Source of the DNA: Antedon mediterranea
Taxonomy: Eukaryota; Animalia; Echinodermata
Direction: 5' to 3'
Length of the DNA: 64,000 nt
NCBI RefSeq assembly: GCF_964355755.1
Contig: NC_092674.1
Span: 5,952,001-6,016,000, forward strand
Part shown: in pieces, positions 58,201 to 64,000 of the stretch
How positions within the stretch are numbered: the first letter of the stretch is position 1
How the letters are laid out: each line of letters opens with the position of its first letter
The notes under the pieces: model-generated
The model's input: the letters and a program-made list of their open reading frames with translations, nothing else
What the model was told of the DNA's origin: nothing
Databases searched by the model: none
Made by a program: the position numbers and the translations under genes

Positions 58201-59616
58201 GATGCGACAACAAAATGTGGTGTGCCCAAATATGGTAGTGATATGCACGAATATGGTAGTGATATGCACGAATATGGTAGTGATATAACAACATCATATC
58301 CAGAGTTCTGTTTTCTTTTTGATGTTTGCAATCCATGTTTCAATTGAATACAATTCTTAATATGTAATATCAATTCTTTGAAAGAGTAAAAGTACTGTAA
58401 CTAACGTGCATATGTTATTGTACAAAGGTTTTGTTGATGAAGACGAAAAGGAAGAGGACCCCGGTTTGTGTCAAGATGACCTTGAACGCCTTTGTACAGG
58501 GGTAAGTAAAGCAGACAATAATGAAAATAAGAGTATCTGAGCTTGGGTTATACTTACTAACGCTTCGTTTCTATTAGAGACGCAACCCCGGACGTTACGC
58601 ATCGTGGATTACTCAAACTGTCGCTTTTTATTGGTCAACACGCTTGCATTGCCTGGCCTCCTATACTAGTAATATATAGAAAAGTGATTGATACAATACA
58701 ACTATTCTTCTTTGTCAGAATAGCGACTTGAATTTTTTTTTTAAACAAAAGAAAGTAGAGCAAAAAATAATACAACTACTACAGCATTTTAACATTGAAT
58801 TCTTTCGTTCATTTTAAATATAGAACCTACGTCTTCTATTTTTCATCGCAACAATGTCAGCAGTACTCATATGTGTCGGTCTTGTAAGTTAAAAACATTT
58901 TTGTGGTACTAAACTTTCCTTCTTTTTACACTGGGGTTAAACAGCGCATAGAGACTATGTGTATTTTGCGCTATATAAATTTAAAACCATTAATCATTAC
59001 TATCATCACAGAGGAACTATAAGATAGAAGGGGGCGGGGAGGGTCTTAGGCCTATATTTCGCATTGTAATTGTTTTAATTTACAGGGGATGGGCGGAAAA
59101 ATTTTATTTCTTTCATTATTGTTTATTAACGAATACTACATGTCTGTATTTACTTCACAGGCTCAGTTTTTAGCCACATTGTCGTTCAACTCAGCAAAAT
59201 TACGCCACGGTTATAAATCCCACAATAGAGGGAAGTCAGGATCGTACAACTTGCGTTCAAGCTACCGCGCTGGTAGTTTCCGAAGTACAAAGAACAACCG
59301 AGCATCAAAAGAAAGCATTACACAGGTACAGAACACGGGTCCTTACCCAAGCCAAGACAGTATCGACAGACTGAAACGAGAATACGCAGCGCAGGAATAT
59401 CCTTATCAATACCAGACAAGTAGGGAGAGACTGAACGACTACTCGCAGCAGGGTAGCAGGGATTGGGATTATCAGGGCCAGGGGAGTCATGAGTTAACAG
59501 CATTAAGTACACTTTACGGAGGTAATGGGTCCGAATCATCTACTATACGAACCGATAGAGATGCTTATGATGGGCGATATGAACAAAAGGCATACCAAAG
59601 AGAATACCACATCTGA
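52274..59616 (+). CDS. M6/PLP (DM20) family four-TM proteolipid, paralog 2, 7 coding exons, ~382 aa
   Basis: Exons 52274-52352, 55691-55859, 56731-56890, 57590-57740, 58428-58501, 58824-58883, 59161-59616. Intron phases match paralog 1, and exons 3 and 6 have identical lengths (160 and 60 nt). Motifs NCCSRCCQRYPWPS, GCLATGAVR, CVDLEQWG, LSFNSAKLR. Confidence 0.84.
53040..53369. repeat. Diverged direct repeat, 2 x ~170 bp
   Basis: GGCAAACCTATATTTAATTT...CGTATGTTTTGCAGTCTAACATTGAAATTC occurs twice. Confidence 0.75.
54555..54716. mobile_element. PIF/Harbinger-like MITE family 1
   Basis: TIR AGCTCTGTCTACACTATCAAACT with TAA flanks on both sides. Confidence 0.75.
55314..55440. repeat. 16-bp C-rich minisatellite, ~7.5 copies
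   Basis: Unit consensus GCCCACAATTCCCCCG. Confidence 0.85.
56899..57047. mobile_element. PIF/Harbinger-like MITE family 1
   Basis: TAA|AGCTCTGTCTACACT...GTGTGGACGGAGCT|TAA. A degraded copy follows at ~57167-57281. Confidence 0.7.
57411..57555. mobile_element. Palindromic MITE family 2
   Basis: TAA|TGCTTGGTTCCCAC...GTGGAAATCAAGCG|TAA with an internal TTGACCAATCACAAGCGA/TCGCTTGTCATTGGTCAA palindrome. Relatives near 50735-50837, 51528-51640, 56530-56660 and 58560-58650. Confidence 0.65.
57895..58029. mobile_element. PIF/Harbinger-like MITE family 1
   Basis: Same TIRs with TAA/TTA flanks. A truncated copy lies at 58177-~58300. Confidence 0.72.
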
Positions 59617-60724
59617 GATGGTCACATTTGTTCCCTCCAACTCCACCCTCACACAAGAAGATCCCACCGTTGTGTACACAGACTATTGAGCCCGGCTATT
59701 GATTACAATATTCTTCGCTTTTTTGAAAAATTCATAATGTTAAGTTTGGTTAAATTAGTTTTGTGTGCATTATTTTATATAATTTTCAATGTTCTTTTAC
59801 AATGCAAATTTAAACAAAATTTCTGTAAATATACTTTTGAAGGAATAACCAAGAATATAAATTAATTTTCTGTATATATAATTTTTATCCACTACACAGT
59901 ACTGTAAACATGTGGTATAAAATAATCTCTGTTTACACTAGGGTCTATAAACATGTACTGTAAAAACAAGTACAATGTAAGGCTATGTTTACACTATGAT
60001 CGATGTCTATAAATGCAATTTTTTACTACGGAAATCAACCGGAAATTGGAAATTGTTGTAAGCCGAATTTGTATACAGTAAAATAAATTTAAACAAATTT
60101 GTACATAATATAATTACATTTTATTAAACACAAATTGACAATGATAAATAAAAATACATTGTTTTTAAGAATATCTATTCGTCTTTCTCTTAAATTTAAT
60201 AGTTTTTTGAAAATCCAAAAAATAAAACACGTTAAAATGTTTGACATTTAATTTAAAAATCTTTACACAAATTGAAATACACGAAAAACAAGATAAATTG
60301 TTTATCAAATATAATAATGATTTAAATGGTATAATACAATGGAAGTAATTATAATTTAGGGTTGTGATAATTTATTCTGGAAGAAAGAGTTTTAATTTAC
60401 CGAAAACATGCATTAAAGAGAAAAAAAATGGTACGGTTAGGTAAACAATATTTCACAACAACTATAAACTGAAACTCATATATAGCCAGTATATCTTTAT
60501 CAAAGAAAAGCTGCCTTATTTTTAAAAAGGTACATTTTTAGGATGAAATTGGTTATTTGGGTGAATAGCTTTTGATTCAAGATCAAAATCTACAGTCATA
60601 TAAATACAATATTTTCTAACAAATGACAGACCGACCATTACCAGCATGATATGAGTAGCTATGTCCTAAATATATTAACGTCTTATACAGATTGGACTGA
60701 CTTGCATTACATAAGTACATCCAG

Positions 60725-61012
60725 GCATCTTGTGGAATTTCTAAGAATTTTGCATATCAGTTTATTAAAACATAACAATTGACCTAGTTTGACCTGAACA
60801 TGGCAAAATCTGAGCATCTTGTTATGATGAGTGGGGTTTCCTTAGAATTTTGCATATCAGTTCATTGAACATAACATAATAATTGACCTAGTTTGACCTG
60901 AACATGGCGAAATCTGAGCATCTTGTTATTACGAGTGGGGTTTCCTTAGAATTTTGCTTATCAGTTCATTGAACATAAAAAAATTGACCTTGTTTGACCT
61001 GGACATGGTGAA
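60725..61012. repeat. ~102-bp tandem repeat, ~3 copies (TGACCT-containing)
   Basis: TTGACCTAGTTTGACCTGAACATGG recurs near 60780, 60884 and 60985. Confidence 0.8.
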
Positions 61013-61257
61013 GTTTGGTAGTATTTTACTATCTTGAACACTGCTTCGATATTACGCCTCATACACAAATATAAACACTTCAGCTAGCATAATATTTACA
61101 TACAGCCTTCTTAGGACAACAGCTGCTGCATCTCACTACCATATTCCACACTGACTAGATTAATTCAGTCCCGAAAATGTATCTTTTGGTATGCTAAAAT
61201 GGCGTGTATCACAACCGCACAGCTTTTATAATAAGAGTTATACATACATTGATGATT

Positions 61258-63274
61258 TCAAGTATACAGAGCGGATAGTAGTTGATCACGGGCTTCTACA
61301 CACCTATTCAAAGCGGGATGAGGTCTGAAATAACAAAAAAATGTTTTAACACATGACATCCTGTCGATTTATGTACTAAACAAGAAAACTATTGTGGCAG
61401 CCGATTCTTGGTACTGTATCTATTTCCGAAGTATCATAGGAATGTTTGGTAATACAACATCACATGTGTCTCACAAGTATCTAGTAGTAACCTAACCTTT
61501 AACCTAACCTTACATGATACAGGCACCACATGTGATATTAATGTTGTACAGTGTAAAGATGCAGTATTACCATATATTCATATGATACTGTACTTTGGAA
61601 ATAGATAGTAGGTGGAGATACATCCGTGGAAATGGGGTTCTTGTGAAGTCATACTTTAGTGTACAGTTCTTCAAAACTTTGTGCCCAATGGGCTTTCAAA
61701 CTATGTCTTGCTTTGAAATGTTTTTACCATACCTACCTATATGGTGTAGTGTACGATCTTCACCATACTCATTAACATACCAATTTATTATGGACTAATG
61801 TAAAGCTCTGTCTACACTATCAAACTTTATATGACAAAAGAAATGTGATGTGCTCATATACAGACCTGATGATGTCATATCACTACCATATTTGGGCACA
61901 TCACTACCGTATTGGGGCACATCACACTTTTTTTGTCAAATTAGTTTGATAGTGTAGACAGAGCTTAAATAACTAAAAGGGTTTGCGTTTTTTGTTTCGT
62001 TTTTTTTCTGTTTTTGTTCATGTAAGGTATGGTATCGAAATACATCAAATGATTGATTGAAATTGAATTGATTGAAATACAGTATATATTTATACTGGGT
62101 AACCTCTTCAGTCAAAGATTCTACCACCAGAACCATGGAGTGAGTGAGCCTCGAACCCCTGCCGATGTTTTATGGCTACTTAATTACGGTTCCACTGTCT
62201 TAACCACTTGGCCACTCACTCACTCACTAAATAACATACATAAAGTTAATACAGTATTTAAAGATATTATATTATAACTTACTTGGCAATAAAAACTGTT
62301 AAAATATTCTTCAATTTAACTGGGAAATATTCTTGTTTGCAGACGTAAGCCAGTGTTATAAGAATTCCTGATAAATCAGCAATCGGTTTAATTTTATCTT
62401 CACTCTGGAAACAGAAAACATCAAAAAGATTTTTACATATTAGTTGTGTTTATTTTTATATTATATTGTAATAAAATTACAATAAATAATATTTGGCAGC
62501 CTTTGGGGTTTTCTCAACAATAATGGTTTCTCCAGGACTAAATTATATATGTGTTTTTTTTGCTTTTGAATGTTTTGTTTTGGCGTCCCTGACATAAGCT
62601 TTTGCTTTTTGGTGATGCCACCATTTTGGAAATAAATGTTGATTTTGATTGATTTATTGAAAAAACTACTACACTATTTTCTTTTTTTTGTTGTCACTTT
62701 TTGTTTACATTTGTATAAAAAAAAACTAAAAAATAAATTTTGTAAATACCTTGATCAGACCCATGTGTACAAGTATTGTGTTTAACACTACATCCATTTT
62801 CGTATCGTTATCTTTCAAAAACTGGCCTAAGATTGCATCTACAGAAAAAAAAAACACCGACAAATAATGTTCAGAAAAACATCGTGCAAAATTAAAAAAG
62901 TACTTTGATATAATAAGTAATATGATAATCATAAAGCTCTGTCTACACTATCTAACTTTCTGGAACAAAAAAAATGTAATGTGCCCATATATGGACACAA
63001 TGATGTCATATCACTACCATATTTGGGCACATCACAATGTTATCCAACTAGTTTGAAAGTGTAGACAGAGCTTTAGTAACTTAAAAAATATTTATTTTTT
63101 TCCATTTATTATTTTTAATTAGAACACACTAATGTAGAAAATATATGATAGATATTTAATAGACCAACCTGTGCATTCATGAATGGCCTCTATGACCTTT
63201 GGCCTTTTGCTATCCATCACTATGGCAACATTCATAAACACCTTGATTACACTTTCTACATCCGATTGTTTGTC
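61258..63274 (-). CDS. RANGAP1: Ran GTPase-activating protein 1, last four coding exons (gene continues beyond window end)
   Basis: Exons 63274-63169, 62838-62750, 62404-62283, 61324-61258 splice (GT-AG) to ...NTILVHMGLIK|SEDKIKPIADLSGILITLAYVCKQEYFP...FIAK|PHPALNRCVEARDQLLSALYT*. This matches the metazoan RanGAP1 C-terminal domain (LLVHMGLLKSEDK). Confidence 0.92.
61804..61965. mobile_element. PIF/Harbinger-like MITE family 1
   Basis: TAA|AGCTCTGTCTACACTATCAAACT...AGTTTGATAGTGTAGACAGAGCT|TAA. Confidence 0.8.
62050..62228 (-). mobile_element. Internally deleted copy of the tRNA-derived SINE
   Basis: Head and tail match 18557-18913, but the Deu/Nin-like core is missing. Confidence 0.65.
62935..63072. 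mobile_element. PIF/Harbinger-like MITE family 1
   Basis: Same TIRs with TAA/TTA flanks. Another interrupted copy begins at 63324. Confidence 0.72.
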
Positions 63275-64000
63275 CTGAAAATGTAATGTATTTAGAAATT
63301 CAATAAAATAATAATATCAATAAAGCTTTGTCTACACTATCAAACTAGTGTGTGATGCGCCCAAATATGGTAGTGCTATGACATCACTTAAAGACCCCTT
63401 CCCTGCAATTTTGGACGTTTTTTGGAAAATAATACATATATATCACTTTAAAAACATTAAACCATGTCATTCCTTGTCTTAAATGTACGTTTTATGGTAA
63501 ATTATGATAAAAAGTGAGAAACAATGCACTACCTAAGTAGCTCGCGGCGATCGACCTCTCGTGGACGGTCTTAGGCCTAGCCTAGCTAGGCTTAGTTTTG
63601 TAGGCCCAGCTGGTAAACATCGGTAACGTACGAACATCGTACGCGAGCTATATACCTAGCCTGACGTTGTATAGTTGCTGCATTAATTGTCTTTCTATTT
63701 TTGCCAGACTCCGTTGATACAAATTGGGGAAAACCCGGTATTTTCGCTGAAAAGTTAGGAGTCTTCCATTTGTTTTGGCCTCACGATCGATCGAAAAGTG
63801 GGCGAATTACAGGTGAAAAACAAAAATATCAATCCGCGCGCAATGCATTTTGGGATTTATAGCGGACCGCTATAATTATTAGAATCGGCTTATTTTTCAC
63901 ATTTTTAACCGTTTAAAGACGAAAAAAGTTATCGCAATAGGACCATATAGTATTATTTTTACATTAAATATAGTTTGTGATCTTAAATTAGATCTAAAAA

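Noticed and set aside
63388-64000. Possible TTAA-targeting DNA transposon interrupting the last MITE
   Set aside because: Only one end is visible, so TIR and TSD cannot be verified within the window.

Overview
AT-rich animal (invertebrate-type; an echinoderm-like origin is only a guess) genomic window with four zones. (1) 0.3-33.7 kb: a head-to-tail, minus-strand tandem array of intronless, strongly diverged otopetrin (OTOP proton channel)-like genes. It has 8 intact ORFs of about 586-668 aa with 12 hydrophobic segments, plus 4 pseudogene remnants. The copies are mosaics of each other and are interspersed with Helitrons, a Helentron-type element and a tRNA-derived SINE. All intact copies share atypical substitutions in the conserved TM6/TM12 motifs and a cytoplasmic acidic-dileucine sorting signal. 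(2) 35.2-39.4 kb: 19 tRNA-Trp(CCA) genes, 14 of them in a 154-bp tandem array. (3) 40.1-59.6 kb: two tandem 7-exon M6/PLP(DM20)-family proteolipid genes on the + strand, with unusually long C-terminal tails ending in EYxV/I. (4) 61.3-63.3 kb: the last four coding exons of RanGAP1 on the - strand. Family assignments come from motif recognition by eye; no database search was run.
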